Assembly (NCBI GenBank): GCA_964187785.1
Contig: OZ076409.1
Coordinates: forward strand, 98,768,001-98,832,000
Source of the DNA: Amphiscolops sp. MND2022
Taxonomy: Eukaryota
Length of the DNA: 64,000 nt
Direction: 5' to 3'
Positions 10,299-23,573 of this stretch are shown piece by piece (position 1 is the first letter of the stretch; each line of letters starts with the position of its first letter). The position numbers and the translations under genes were made by a program. A model generated the notes under the pieces. The model did no database searches. It saw only the letters and a program-made list of their open reading frames with translations, and was not told the origin of the DNA.

Positions 10299-11802
10299 GA
10301 CAAACATCCAAGATACAAAAAAGTGATGAATAATATTTCCAACTGTTTACATTGTTTGTAGTCGAACGGATGATTTCCAAAAAATGTCAATTCTGCAACA
10401 ACCCTTTTTAAATTTTGCTCGAATAACTGCAATGATCGGTGGTTCCATGGCATAATCGTCTAAGTTAAATCTCCAAGGGCAAAATCTTGTTTGAAAAATG
10501 CAGTCAATTGTGACTTGGAATTCTTTAAGGGATCGAAAAAGATGAAAATTAGAATAAAATTACACCGTTTTTAAAGTGCCCTGAATGCAGAAGTGAATTT
10601 GATTCGCAATAATTCCACTCTGGAGAGGCAAATCCGTGAAAGTGCCTTATTGCGACATTTAAATGGGCCGCAACATCTCTTATTGCGACTTTTTTCTGCC
10701 TCCAACGCATTCGGCTAATTGATTGGTCTAGTGGGAATCTTGGTGTAAATTCCCTTAGTCTAGAATGAGAATTGAAAGAATGACGGACATCTTAGATTGC
10801 TATCTAACTCTTTTTTTTCAATCAATTCCCAGCATCATTTCGGTTGAAATAAAGCTTTAAGTCCTACGGTATGACAGGAGTTAGAATGCACTTCAATTTG
10901 AGAAAGCACTGCTTCAGAGAATGGTAATTGGATTGCTCATTTCAAATTCTCATTTCCTGAATTCTTAATTCGACTGATTCCATCGAGAAATTTGATACAA
11001 TTTGATCAAACCGATAGGAGAGATTTAATTTATCAATTTCGATCAATGGAAAAAGAAGGATAAGAAAGAAACACGGAAATTAGGATAGCTAGTTTTTTTA
11101 TAATGAGATTTTTTGAGGTTGAATTGTTAGTTCAAGTGCTCTAAATTACACAACACGGCAAATGTTCACACCAGAAAAGGACAAATCCTCTTTGGAAAAC
11201 CTTGATCCATTTCGACTATAGTCATTATAATATTTAGAAGTTTTTGACGTTAAATTCCATCAAATTCTAGCTTTCAACTTAGAAAATGATGAAACGTAAC
11301 ACCAAAAGCTCCTGGCCAGTCGAAAATTACCTTAGTGTCCACATTGCAGTAGTAAAATTTCAGCAAAAAATGTTGGCCTTATTCTCATAAACTTTCTCTG
11401 TAATTGTAAAAATTGAATTGTAACGTGCATATTGAAAAAGTTATTATGAAGCTTTCAAACGAACGCGGGAACTTAGGAAAACATTGAACGCACCTCAGTT
11501 ACTTGCTTTATATCAGGGCGTTAGTGGTGTCCCCGATTGTCCAATATCGCGCTATGACCTCGGAAGAAAAACAATGTTTCGACACATTTCGGGTGTTCAG
11601 AAAAAATTAGTGCCCATACCACCACTACGTCCGCAGAGATCTAGTGTCTTAGGAAAATCTGCGACTGCAAAATAAGTACTGTATTTAAACTACATTTATC
11701 AGTAGCTTCTTAAATATTCTTCATCTCGCAAACGAAACAGTTTGAAAATAGTGGATATGGAGTTAAAACAGAAAGGTACAAGAAAAAAAGCATCTGAAAC
11801 TA

Positions 11803-12131
11803 CCGTATATTCCGTCGTATAAGCCTTATAAGACCACCCTTTCTTTTGAATTTTCGGTGGTCAAAAGTTTTTTAGAATCAAAGTTTTGGCATGACTGAAG
11901 AAGTCACTATTCACCCATTTGATGACGATTTTGATGACGTTGCAGTTGATTTCCTTTTCGAAGAAGTTTCAGGGTCAGAGGAAATGACAGATGATGACTC
12001 CAATTTTAGTCCCTGAGAAGTGAAAATTGAATTTATACCAAGAACGTTCATTCAATTTACACTTATTAAACTTTTATTTTCGTTTATTTTTCTTGATTTA
12101 GGGGGGGGGGGCTTATATGACGAACATACCG
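11803..12131. mobile_element. Tc2/pogo-like MITE
   Basis: TA-CCGTATATTCCGTCGTATAAGCC ... GGCTTATATGACGAACATACCG-TA: imperfect TIRs flanked by TA. The interior encodes an acidic stretch resembling a transposase tail. Confidence 0.6.
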
Positions 12132-12689
12132 TAAATCAACAATTTCCCTTTCAAAATTGGGGAGGCTTATACGAAGGGGGGCAAATGCATTACGAAACTT
12201 ACGAGTCTTTCCTAGCGAACATGAAGTGAATGAAATTTCAAACACAAAATTACAGATTGGTTCAATTTCGGTAACAGTGAAGTAGTTGATTTTATTTCTT
12301 GAAACATAATCCACATTTACCCAACAACACAAAAAACTTTAAACTTTTTTCGAGTTCAAAGGTCTCCCCTTAAAAATTCTGCGTGCTAATTTGAGGTCTT
12401 TTCGGAAGATGTATCTGCTTGGTAAAGTTGATCAATGTATCTGTTAAAGATTTATTATTTTCCGTCCATATTTCATATGGAAAAGGAAAATATTTAAATC
12501 AAACGGTTTTGTTTACAAAATTTGAAAAGAATTAATTTTATATCTTAGCTAAAGGGTTTCACCCATAGAATTCAACTGATGTAAAATTAGTATCATGCGG
12601 TATGTATTTGTAGAGATTTTTGAACTTTTTGGTTGACCTCAAAGAACCCAGAATGACCCAAAGATGACCCCAAAAATAGTAAAAACTGC

Positions 12690-14730
12690 AAAATTTTGCA
12701 ATTTTGTGAATTTTTGTCAAATTATCGATGAATGTCCTGGCTTTGAATGTTGAAGACAATCCAAAGGGAAAACAATTGTTACCCAACAGGCTTTTTCGAA
12801 GAAATAAATGCAACTTTTCAATGGAAAAATGCCTCAAATTCAGACCCAAAATGACAAAAATACTCGAAAATTCAGAATTTTGATTTTTTTTGAAATTTTT
12901 GTCTATTTTTTGAAAAACTTGGTGGCTTAGAATGTCAAAGACGTTAAACAAGGAAAGAATTCGTTGTCCGGGAGGCTTTTTTGAAGAGATAAAAGCAATT
13001 GGTGTTGAAAAAATGTATCAAAGTCAGACCGAAAGTGGCAAAATTACAAAAAAAGTCAAATTTTTGAAAATTTAACGGAGTTTTTGTATACTTTTCGAAA
13101 AACTTGGGGGCTTAGAATGTTGAAGACGTTCAAAAAGGAACATATTCGTTGTTGTGGTTGTTGCTTTGGAGAGATGAAAGCAATTGATGTTGAAAAAATG
13201 CATCAATTTCTGACCGAAATTGACAAAAATACACAAAAAGTCAAATTTTTAAATCTTTATGGAGTTTTTATATACTTTTCGAAAAACTTGGGGCTTAGAA
13301 TGTTGAAGACGTTCAAAAAGGAACAAAATAAATGTCATGGAGGCTTCTTCGGAAAGATAAAAGCAAATGGTGTTGAATAAAGAAAAAATGCATCAAATTC
13401 AGACCGAAATTGACAAAAATACAAAAAAAAATCAATTTTTTGAACATTTTATGGAGTTTTTGTGTACTTTTCGAGAACCTTGGTGGCTTAGAATGTTGAA
13501 GACCTTCAGTGGGGAACAAATTTGTTGTCATGATTGTTTCTTTGAAGATATAAAAGCAATTGGTAATGAAAAAATGCATCGAATTCTGACCGAAATTGAC
13601 AAAAACACAAAAAAATCAAATTTTGAAACTTTTATTCAGTTTTCGTGTAATTTTGGAAAACCTTGGTGGCTTCGAATTTCAAAGTTCAACAAGGAACAAA
13701 TTGGTTGACAGGAAGGCTTCTTTAGGAAAAAAACGAAATTTTGTACTGAAAAAACGCACAGTTTGCGAACAAAAATGACAATAACTATAGAATGTACCAA
13801 TTTTTTACGGTTTCATGCAACTTTTGTCAATTTTCTAGAGATTTCATGAATCGGAACGTAAAATACTTTCAACCACGATAATTTCATTGTCCAATAGGGT
13901 TGTTTGCGGAGATAAATGCAGTTTTGTAAAAAAAGAATTGCAACAAGGACCCCAATATTGTGAAAAAATCTTACATTTTTTACATTTTTGTATTTTACAA
14001 CGCAATGTTTTTTTGAAAGTTTCAAACTTTTCATGGATTAGAACTCTGAAACGATTCCACAACAACTGAAGGTGTTGTCCGGTCGGCTTTTCGATGGGAT
14101 AAGTGCCAGTTTCTGATGAACGTGCTATAATTTGACTCAAAAATTGTCGAAAACTCCAAAAATTTCCGGTTTATGTAGGTTCTTCATGTTGTTTGAGTAC
14201 AATTACTAAGAACTTGTTGAGTTAGATGGTTCAAAACAATCAAAGGCGATAGAATCAGGTATGTGGTTTCCGTTCTTGATGAGAAAATTACAGTGCTTAA
14301 CGTCAGAAATACTTCAAATTTGTTGTTTTTCTTGCAGTTTGTGCTCAAATTTTGAAAGTTTTTGTGACTAGGAATATTCAAAACAATCAAAAACAAAATA
14401 GTTAGCTATGCAGTATGCTATTTTGAAGAAAATTGCAGTATTTTGTTTCAAAAGTACTTCAAAAGTGACCCTGATGAGTCGGAAATAAAAAGTCTAAATT
14501 CAACGTTTCTTTTATGCAAAGTTCTGAATTTTTTGAGAAGTTTCCATCGTTGGAAGAAAAAAAACCTCCACAGCGAACAAATGCGTTATGCAGTAGGTTT
14601 TTTGAAGGTGAATTGCAGTTTCACGTTAAAAAAGAGCCTCAAATTGACCCCAAAAAAGTCGAAAAAAAAACAAGTTTTGGCAGTTGTTCGACAAATTAGT
14701 GAATTTGTATTGAAAGCTACCAAAACTTCC
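12690..14730. repeat. Degenerate tandem array, unit ~180-195 bp
   Basis: Unit marker (A/C)CTTGG(G/T)GGCTTAGAATGTTGAAGAC recurs at ~12915, 13100, 13285, 13478 and 13660, decaying towards both flanks. Confidence 0.8.
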
Positions 14731-15755
14731 TAATAGTCCAGAAGTCTAACCTTTTGGAGTAGGCATGCAGAATTTTTTAAAAAATCTACAATTGTGTATG
14801 CAAAACGTTCGCCAGAACGACTTGAAATTTAATGGAAATCAATTTTTTGTTTTTTGAAATGTTGATATACTTTTTTGTAAACGTTTCGAGCAATTTTGTT
14901 ATTCAAGAACAACTGGACTCGTTATCCAATTGGCGTTTTTAAAAAGACATCTACAGTTTCTTATAAAAGTTCCTCAAATGACCGCAAAGTTTTCGAAAAA
15001 GCACAAAATTGTAGAAATTTTGACGTTTTTGGCGACTTCGCCCAAATTTAAAGAAAAATCAATTGGTTAGGTTTTGGAATACACACAATCTGACGAAAAA
15101 CCAAATAGGTGTTTGGTGTCTTCTTGTGTTCCCTTCTGAAATGGCATGACATTATTCAAAAAGTGTCAAACCTTTTTTCATCAAACCTCAATGCGTTTTC
15201 ATAGTGTAATGGCTACTCTTGAGCCCCAAGATAATGTCATTGCTAGAACAGTTGAGACGGAAAATATCCTGCTGGTCAGCGGGCGTCTTGTTTGACTCCT
15301 GAATAAAATAATTTGACTCCTTAGTTATGATCAACTTGTTGGTACTCCTACATGGGAAAATAACGGACGTCGAATGTCAAAAATTTGAAATGAGTAAAAA
15401 TGCAAGATGGTGATACATATGTTCCCATATTGACAGTCAGTCAAAGAATGCGATGATTATTTCTCGAAAAAAGCATTTGAATATTTTTGAGAATGCGATG
15501 TAACGGAGATGAAGAATCAGAATTGGATCGGCTCATTGTGCATGTTTTCCTGTTTTTTTTCTGAATATAACAAAAATCTGCGGCAATGATAGATAAAAGT
15601 AGAACCGACCTCTGAAAATCACGACGACGAAAAATTTGCTCACCTGAGCACCACAAAGTTACTCCTATTGAACTTTTTTTCTACATTTCTACAAACTTTC
15701 ACTTAAGTACGAAAATAAGCATCGTAGTTTCGACCGACTGTTAATTTAAAGAATA

Positions 15756-16314
15756 AACAAGACGAAAACGTCTGAAGTCGGCGCTATATCAAAGGCTCAA
15801 AAAGCGGAAATTTTCTTTAAATATGCCCAGGACGTATTTATGGAAAGCTTTGAAAACAGCTTCGAGACACCCATAGGGGGCCTTTCATGCTCGATAAGAC
15901 TGGGGACGAAAAAAACACTTTGTTTTGAAAAAAAGACCTGTCGCATAGTGTCAAAAATGTAAAAGAGGGGACCCTTTGGGATTTATTAACATACATTCTG
16001 TCGAAAATATCAAAAAACTCGAAGAGGGGACTCTTTTGAGACATTAAAAAATTTTAGAAGAAAGTCGCACAGTGCCGAACAAAAATCGAAAGGGGGACCC
16101 TTTATTCCCGTCCGCTTTTGTAGGTTACTTTTAACATGTAAAAAACCAAAGGGGACCCTTTGGAATAACTTAGATGCGTTTCTCAGGTATTCGTTTAGTT
16201 TCCTTTAGTTGAACGTTAACGTTCGTCGCTTCGAGCCTGTCTTGAAAAAAGAAAAAAACGAGTGACTGTAATAGCGCCGAGTGACTGTAATATTATTAAA
16301 AGCGCCGACTAAAA
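15756..16314 (-). mobile_element. HINE/DINE-1-like copy
   Basis: AACAAGACG-AAAA-CGTCT hairpin, AGTCGGCGCT at 15776, AGCGCCGACT-AAAA at 16301. Confidence 0.72.
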
Positions 16315-16528
16315 TTTTGGATATAGAGCTTTACTTTAGATGTTACATCAAAAATCCGTATAGTATTGAAAAAAATATTGGTGGATATCTATTGAGAAAA
16401 CCTAACGAGATAGTTTTTTAGAATGAGAGCATTTTTGTAACGTGAGAAAACGTTAGATAACGTTAGTGAATAGGGAATTCAACAATTCAACAATTCGTTG
16501 AAGAAACCTGTCGCCACTATTAGGAAAT

Positions 16529-16735
16529 AGTTGTATTCTAGTTTACTGATATCAAAGAGATGTTTCATACAAACTCAACTCTATTCTAGCTTATTACCAA
16601 AGCTCTATGATAAGATATCGTCTGCACTGAATTGGCAGGTATTTAAGGAAAGAGCATCATAGATTGGTATACAACAAAGTACAAGTGGTAGACAAAAGAG
16701 TAGACTAATTATATAAATTGTCTATATTCTCCACA
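16529..16735 (-). repeat. 3' LTR of element 2
   Basis: Direct repeat of 22908-23114; on the minus strand it begins TGTGG right after the PPT GAAAGGGGGAA. Confidence 0.9.
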
Positions 16736-17098
16736 TTCCCCCTTTCACTAATGGCTGTTGTTCGGCCAATGAGGTACTGTTTATCTTCTGTATGGCGGTG
16801 ATTCCTCCAATGGTCCGTTTGTGTGTGGACGGGTGACCGGTCCTCTCTTGTATGGTTGTCACGGTGAGTGTTAACCCGTGATATCAATTTGTTGTCCGTT
16901 GTTTGGGTTAGTTGGGGCTGTTCGTCTCCATTTCCATTTGACTCGGTGTTGCTCCCGAGTTCAGCCTTTCTACGGTGTTTCCTGTAATCATGACATATTG
17001 GATTATTATATCGAACAATTGGGTTGGTTTTTGTTAGTCTTTTTGATCTGCGTATTGTTTTTTCTTCTTCGTGTTTAATATCTGCTTCTAATTTGGCG

Positions 17099-20000
17099 CT
17101 AGAGCTCAGATTGCTGACCAGGTCTAATTACAAAAACTTCGAAGATGTTCTCTTCCCCCGTTTTAGGAAAAGAAGTAAGATTTTTAAACATCTTACCGTT
17201 ATCATCTCTGATAAAAAGTTCGTCGTTCGCTTGTCTAGCGTCCTCAATAGCATGGTCGATCTCCGTGTCTGTCATATTGGCGGCGGTAATGGTGAGTGGA
17301 CCGGTATTGTTCATTCCTCCCGGTGAAGGTTGTTGGGGGCTTGGGCTCTGTCGGTCTCTTATCAACTTAGCGGTTTGCCTCGACCGTACGTGCTCATTTT
17401 CACTCATTTGTCTGACTGGTCCAGAGCGGTAGGACTGTTTGTCTCTGTTGGTGATGTCTCGGGCTCGATGTCTGAATCGATCACGTATGTTCTCTTCGGT
17501 TTTGATGGTGATCTTGTACACCGGCCGCCTGGTCCCGTCGGTCCAGTTCCTTTGTTGTTGTTGCAGTCCTGATTAAAATCATGGAAGGTTTACTAATACT
17601 TTTCTTGTGTATTACTCTACCATTTGGTGTTGTTACGGTATGGTTTGTCTCCGAAATAGCTATATTCGGTTTTTCGCTATGGGCAAGTTCGAATTTGGAT
17701 TTCTGGTGTCTTTTTTCTAGGAAAAGGAAAGGTTGATTACTAACTCCTTTATCGTTTTTCTTGTCTTCATCGGTAGCTGGTCGGACACACCGCCAACTGC
17801 GCTGAATGAGTATACCTGTAAGGTATCGGGTTTCGCTGAAATGGAATTTTTTGTTAGGTTATCCAATATTAGGAGGTTAGTTATTTCCGTGTTTGTTTTC
17901 GACCATAGTGAAGTTCTAATGCCGATTTTTTTTATTTCGTGTGGGGTGTTTTTCTCATTACATCTAGAGATACGTCTAGAGGGCTTTTCCGAACCGTTCG
18001 CCAGCCTTTATATTTGTTAAAAAGTTTTCTTTCAGTGTTCTGACCCCCCGTTCTACTAAACCTGTGGGCGTATGATTATACGGTGTTCCGTATATCAGTA
18101 TAATGTAATGCTTTTTGCAGAAATCGCGGAAAATGCGACCCGTGAACGCAGTTGCTTTATCAGTTCTAATTGTCTTCGGTATACCGTTCAGCTGGATATA
18201 TTGTTCAAGAAATTTTACCGCCGTTTCTCCGTCGGTGTATTTACAGAAACTGGCTGCCGGCCATTTGTTGTACCGGTCAATGGACAGTAGTATATAAAAT
18301 CGACGGTTGTTATCCGTGATTGGTCCGATGACATCCAATTGGATTTCTTCGTTCGGACTGTTCACCGGGGGTAGACTTTTTTTTTCTGTGCTAGGTGTTT
18401 TTCGTTTTATACCAGAGATTTTGCATGGAATGCAGGTTTCGCACTTCTTCTGGATTGCGTCGGTCATCTTTGGCCACCAGAAGTGTCGAGCTGCCAGAGC
18501 CATCTTTTTGATGGCTGGGTGTCCTTTGTGCAAAAGACTGATTATTGTGGTTCCGAGGTTTTTTGGTACAACAATTCTGTCTTCCATGAAGACAAGATCA
18601 AACCTGTTCGACAATTTTCTTCTGTTCATTCGGTACTCCTCTGGTATTCTTTCATGCTGCTGTCTTTCAAGGCATACTAGGGTTTTCAGCAAGTTGGTGT
18701 CATTCGTGGTCTCGTTCATAAGCAGCTGTAAGTCCGTAGAAAAATTCTTCTCCGTTTCGCGTACTGCTTGCTCTAGGTTCCAGTCGTTTTTTCTTCGGCA
18801 GCAATTCGTGGCGCGTGTCCCATCTTCACATGTTGGACGCTCTTTACTCCACCGTATCGTGCCCAATTTATCGCTGGTACCTCTGGGAGCGATGGGTCTT
18901 GGTCCGTCTCGGAGTCTATTTCGCCTTCTTCTATAGGGATCGGTGCGGATGATGGGCCGGGTCTATCTGATTGGTGTTGTTGGACTGGGGTTGGCCGGTC
19001 CATATCCCAGAATGGATCCACTGTCCAATGTTCGGAGTGACCGGTCTGCGGTTGGAAGCCTCCTTTGTTTTGCAGACCGATTTTCTGTCGGAGATCTTCT
19101 TGAGGCCAGTTGTTGAAAGGTAATTGTATTCATTCCTCAATTACTTTTCTCTCATTGCGAAGGAATTTGGGCTGGTGGTAACGTTTCCATCTTCCCCCGG
19201 TCATGCGGCAAATCCCGGGTTTAACAATTTCTTTCCACCGAGTAGTTAGCTCAGTTATTTCGGCATAGTTGTATTTTGTTTCGATGTTTTCGATTGTTTT
19301 AGCATCCATTGTGAATTTGGTATGCTGAATGTTGTTTGCGTTACTTGAACTTGAGCGTGTGTATGTATCGCTGTAAAGGCAATCAATGGCAGTTTGTTGA
19401 CGCGCGTCGTTTGACCGTGGCTTTTTGTTTGCTTTGCGTTCGTTATTCTCGGTACCGCTTTCTGATTGGTTCGAATGGTTGCTAAGGCAACCACATTTGG
19501 GGATGAAGCTGTAGTGTGGTAGAATGTTGTTAATGACGTATTTTTCGTCGTATGTATCGTCCGCTTGCGGTGGTAATACCGAATTTCTACTGAGAAAATC
19601 CGTGAGTGCTTAGTGTTTACAATTTATATGGTTTACGTTGATCGTGAAATGTGCTAACCGGTCCAGCCACCGTGTTAAGCGTGCGCAATAGGTTTTGTTG
19701 GAGCGATTTCGTTTAATTAGTGGCTCTAATGCCTGGTGATCCGTCAAAAGTTTTATGGGTTTACCGTAAGTATATAGACGGAAATGATCTAAGCCCCATA
19801 CTACTGCCAAAAGGTCAAGTTCATTTATCGCATATTTTTTTTCTGTGTCTGATAAGAAACGACTCGCAAAACCGATAGATTTTGATGTTCCATTCGGTTG
19901 TTCTTGCCATAGAGTTGCCCCTAGGCCTTTAGTGCTCGCATCGGTAGTTATCACGTTTGGATAATCAGAATTTCAGTGTAACAGAGACTGTATTTCCGTG

Positions 20001-22772
20001 ATTTTTTGTTTCAAAATTTCGAAAGTAAGTGTGTGTTCTTCCGTTCAGATCCACTTGTTATTCTTTTTCAAGAACTGTCTCAGACTGTCTGTTTGGGCGG
20101 AAAGGTTGTCAATGTTTTTTGACAAATACTAAATGGCTCCCAGAAATAATTCTAACTCTTTCCCGTTGTTCGGTTGTTTTAATTCTTTTATTGCCAGTAA
20201 CTTGTCTTGCAATGATCGGATTCCGGCCTGTTCGATCGGGTGACCGATCCATTCGATCTCTGTTTTGAAGAATTCGGATTTTGTTTCGCTTAATCTGTAC
20301 CCAACGTTTTCGAGTTTGGTTAGGACGTCGATCAGTTCTTTCATGTGTTCCTCTTTGGAACCTTTTGTTACCACGATGATATCGTCTAACCATGCTGGGT
20401 GTTTGTTCTCCAGTGTCTGGTCGTTATTTCCCTGAAAGATTGTCGGTATATCCGCTAACCCGTGAAATCCCTTGAGGAAACGGTAGTAACCGGTAAAATT
20501 CCCTCCAGTTACGGCGAACATACACAGAGTTCTGGCTGCCCTCGAGAGTATTAGCTGACCGTAGGCATAGTCTAGATCGAAGTTGGAAATCCAATTTTCG
20601 TCTGCTGAGCTAACTGCTATTTTTCTTGAAATTCTTGTAATCAATTCCTCCATGCTCGACATTTGCGCTTTTCGTTTCACGGTTATTTCATTAAGCTTTC
20701 TTGAGTCTAATGCGATTTTTACTGATTTATCTTTCTTTACTGTGATAACTGCCGGGCTCACAAAACAATTTTCGTCGATATTGTTGAACTTTTCGATATG
20801 GCCTTGTTTTATCAGTTTTTCTATTACTTTTTCCACCGATTGTTGTAAATGTATCGGTATGGGTCTTCATTTCTGCTGTATCAATTTTGAATCTTCTTTC
20901 AATTGTATTTTCAGTTCTAGCCCGTTTCCTGTATGATTTTCGTTGAACAGTTTTTTGAATTTCGTTTTCAATTTCGTTACGTCCGGGTCTTCTTTTATTT
21001 GGTGTATTTGTGGGACGGTTTTACCAGTCTCCAGTGTTATCCCCAGTTTTTTCATCCAGTCCAGTCCTAGTAGGGGATTTGTTTTCTTTGTTGTTATTAG
21101 GAGTTCCAGTTTTTTTCTGGTTCCGTTAATTTCTACTCTTGCGGTTGTTTTCCCCTCAAATCGTGTCCGGTTGTCATTTACGTCGCTGTGTTCCGTTTCC
21201 AGGGGACGTAACGGTGTTACTTTATTGAATTGTGACTTTGATATTAGCGTTACTGGGGAACCGCTGTCTATGATGAATTTGATTGGTCGGTTGTTTAACA
21301 AAGCGGTGACTGTGAAGAATTCCGGTCCATTGTTGTTCGTTGACCGTGTTGAGTGTTTCTTTTGTTTTACTGAATGGATTGTGTTCGGTGTCCAGTCATC
21401 CTCACCCGCACTGCTTGTTTCGCCTTCCATTAAATGGTTTACTTTTCTGTTTGCGCAGCAGCATTTGGCCAAATGGCATTTTTTACCACATTTTGCGCAA
21501 TTCTTTCCTCTAGCGGGACATTCGTGTTGACGTGACCAGTTCGGTGCTCCGCAATGGTTGCAGTCAATTTTCTTGAATTTTGCTGGTCTTTCTGGTTGTT
21601 CCTTTGTAACATTTGTTTTTCGTTTATTTACATACCGGATTTTCTTTTCATCTTCTGTTTCAGGTGAGTCGTTCAATTTTTTGTACCATTACAGTGGGGT
21701 AAGCGGCAAGGCCTTCCAAAACTCGGAAAATGTTTGGCAAAAACTCGGGAATGCATGGGCGACTTTTGTTGTTCATAACTGAAAATCTCGGAAACGCATG
21801 GGCGAAATCAACTAATTGTTGAACATAATCTGTCCATTCGTTTCCCACCAAGTGTGGCTCTTTAATTTGATAGAAACTTTGAATACATATCAAAAAATGT
21901 CTGAGATATACCTAATCAACTAAAAATAGGAATTTGCCGATTATCAGAAGTTTAATAAACCATTCCCAGGTACTTTGTTTTCGAAATAAATTTGAATAAT
22001 GATTATCAAGCTTCCATATTTTTCATCAATCTACCTTATATCCAGCAACATTCTGTCTGATAAAACTGTTTGATTTAACGACTGATAGGGTGAATAGTTG
22101 AAAAAAGTTGTTTTTGTAGTAAGTGTACAACTATCAAACAATTTTTTTTGTTTTTAATTGAATCAACTTAAACATATCTTATATCAATCAAAGTGAATAT
22201 TATATAAAAATATTATATATTAAAATAGTACAAAAAAGAAAATCAGAAAAAGCGACATGTCTGTAGAAGCCATAACTGACGCAATACACGAATACATGTG
22301 ACATGTATTCGTGTATTGCGTCAGTTATGGCTTCTACAGACATGTCGCTTTTTCTGATTTTCTTTTTTAAGTCATAATCACCGGTTGATTTACCGATAAA
22401 TGACAGAATTTTTGTTGTTGAAAGTTCTGCTGCGGTAATTGTTTCGAACTCGCAGTTCTTTTCTACTTCAAGTATCCGTTTCCACGCGTCTGCTGCGGTT
22501 TCGCCGTCTTCCCGTTTCAGATCGAAAGAGTTAGCTCTACTGTGGTGTACGTTTCTTTCTGGGGTGAAATGTAGTCGGAAAAGCGTATAAAGTTTATGTA
22601 ATGGTAGTGAGCTCGGTTCTCTTTCCCTGACCGTCTTTGTCATCTCCGTGATAGCTTTTTGTCCAATTGCCCAGATAAAAATGTCTTTTATATCTGTTTC
22701 GAGTTGATCACGGTTTTGTGGTAGGATATCTTTACTGTTCGTCATGGTTGACAAATCTATGTCCTTCGTCAT
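17099..22772 (-). pseudogene. gag-pol of element 2, with multiple frameshifts and stops
   Basis: Pieces: 22300-22772 gag; 20867-21676 gag knuckle + PR; 20129-20836 RT; 19610-19954 RNase H; 17976-18866 integrase (HKGH...CIPC, LDVIG, TDKA, VERG). Confidence 0.9.
22232..22368. repeat. Perfect 68-bp inverted repeat with a 1-nt spacer
   Basis: 22232-22299 is the exact reverse complement of 22301-22368. Confidence 0.95.
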
Positions 22773-22907
22773 ATTTATGTACTGGACGAATTGTTCACGT
22801 TGGCATCTGTGTGCTCGCTCCGTCTCTCGTGTTTTCTTCCATGGTGACTGGTGGCTATTATTTTGGGTAGTTCGTGTATAGCTTTGGGGGCTATTCTGAC
22901 TGCGCTA

Positions 22908-23114
22908 TGTTGTATTCTAGTTTAATGATATCAAAGATATGTTTCATACAAACTCAACTCTATTCTAGTTTATTCCCAAAGCTCGATGATAAGATATCGT
23001 CTGCACTGAATTGGCAGGTATTTAATAAAAGAGCATCATAGATTGGTATACAACAAAGTACAAGTGGTAGACAATATAGTAGACTAACTGTATAAATTGT
23101 CTATATTCTACACA
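22908..23114 (-). repeat. 5' LTR of element 2
   Basis: Direct repeat of 16529-16735; followed on the minus strand by a tRNA-Ser-type PBS remnant. Confidence 0.9.
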
Positions 23115-23573
23115 GGGGGACTCTTTTGAGACTTTAAAAAATTTTAGAAGAAAGTCGCACAGTGTTTTTTTCGATACACATGAAGTAATTAAAATAGTTC
23201 TACCAAAAGTTCTAGAAATCTTTAAATTGTACCTGTTGGACCAGGGAACTGAACCAAAAAGGGTTTTTCCGCGCATCATACAATACCGGGTGAGACTAAG
23301 GGACCCCCTTTCAATTTTTTCCAGCATTGTGCGACTTTTTTTCGAATTTGTTTCCCACCAAAACGTCTCCCCTTCAATTGTTGTGGAGTTTTGCGCCATA
23401 ATGGAAGTAGAAAAATACCAACTGGTGCCCCCTTTCAGTTTTTTTGACATTGTGAGACTTCTTCTCTAAAAAATTTTTCGGGTGCTGTAGAAGAGAATAC
23501 TTTGAAACTTTGAATTCCTTTTGCTATATGAGCCTTAGGTATGGCGCCGACTTAGACCAATCCCGGCTTGTTT
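23115..23573. mobile_element. Truncated or chimeric HINE copies
   Basis: 23115-23165 matches the HINE interior at 16026-16074. The remainder is in the opposite orientation and ends GGCGCCGACTT...CCCGGCTTGTTT. Confidence 0.6.

Larger units (their letters stand above)
16529..23114 (-). mobile_element. Decayed Ty3/Gypsy LTR retrotransposon, same lineage as element 1
   Basis: 207-bp LTRs at 16529-16735 and 22908-23114 (~13 mismatches by eye). PPT at 16736-16746. PBS-like TAGCGCAGTCAG next to the 5' LTR. Fragmented gag, PR (FIIDSGS), RT (AWLDD), RH (TTDAS) and IN ORFs. Confidence 0.93.

Noticed and set aside
15190..15300. Minus-strand exon-like stretch ESNKTPADQQDIFRLNC...
   Set aside because: It has a plausible acceptor, but no recognisable homology and no link to the opsin-like exon.
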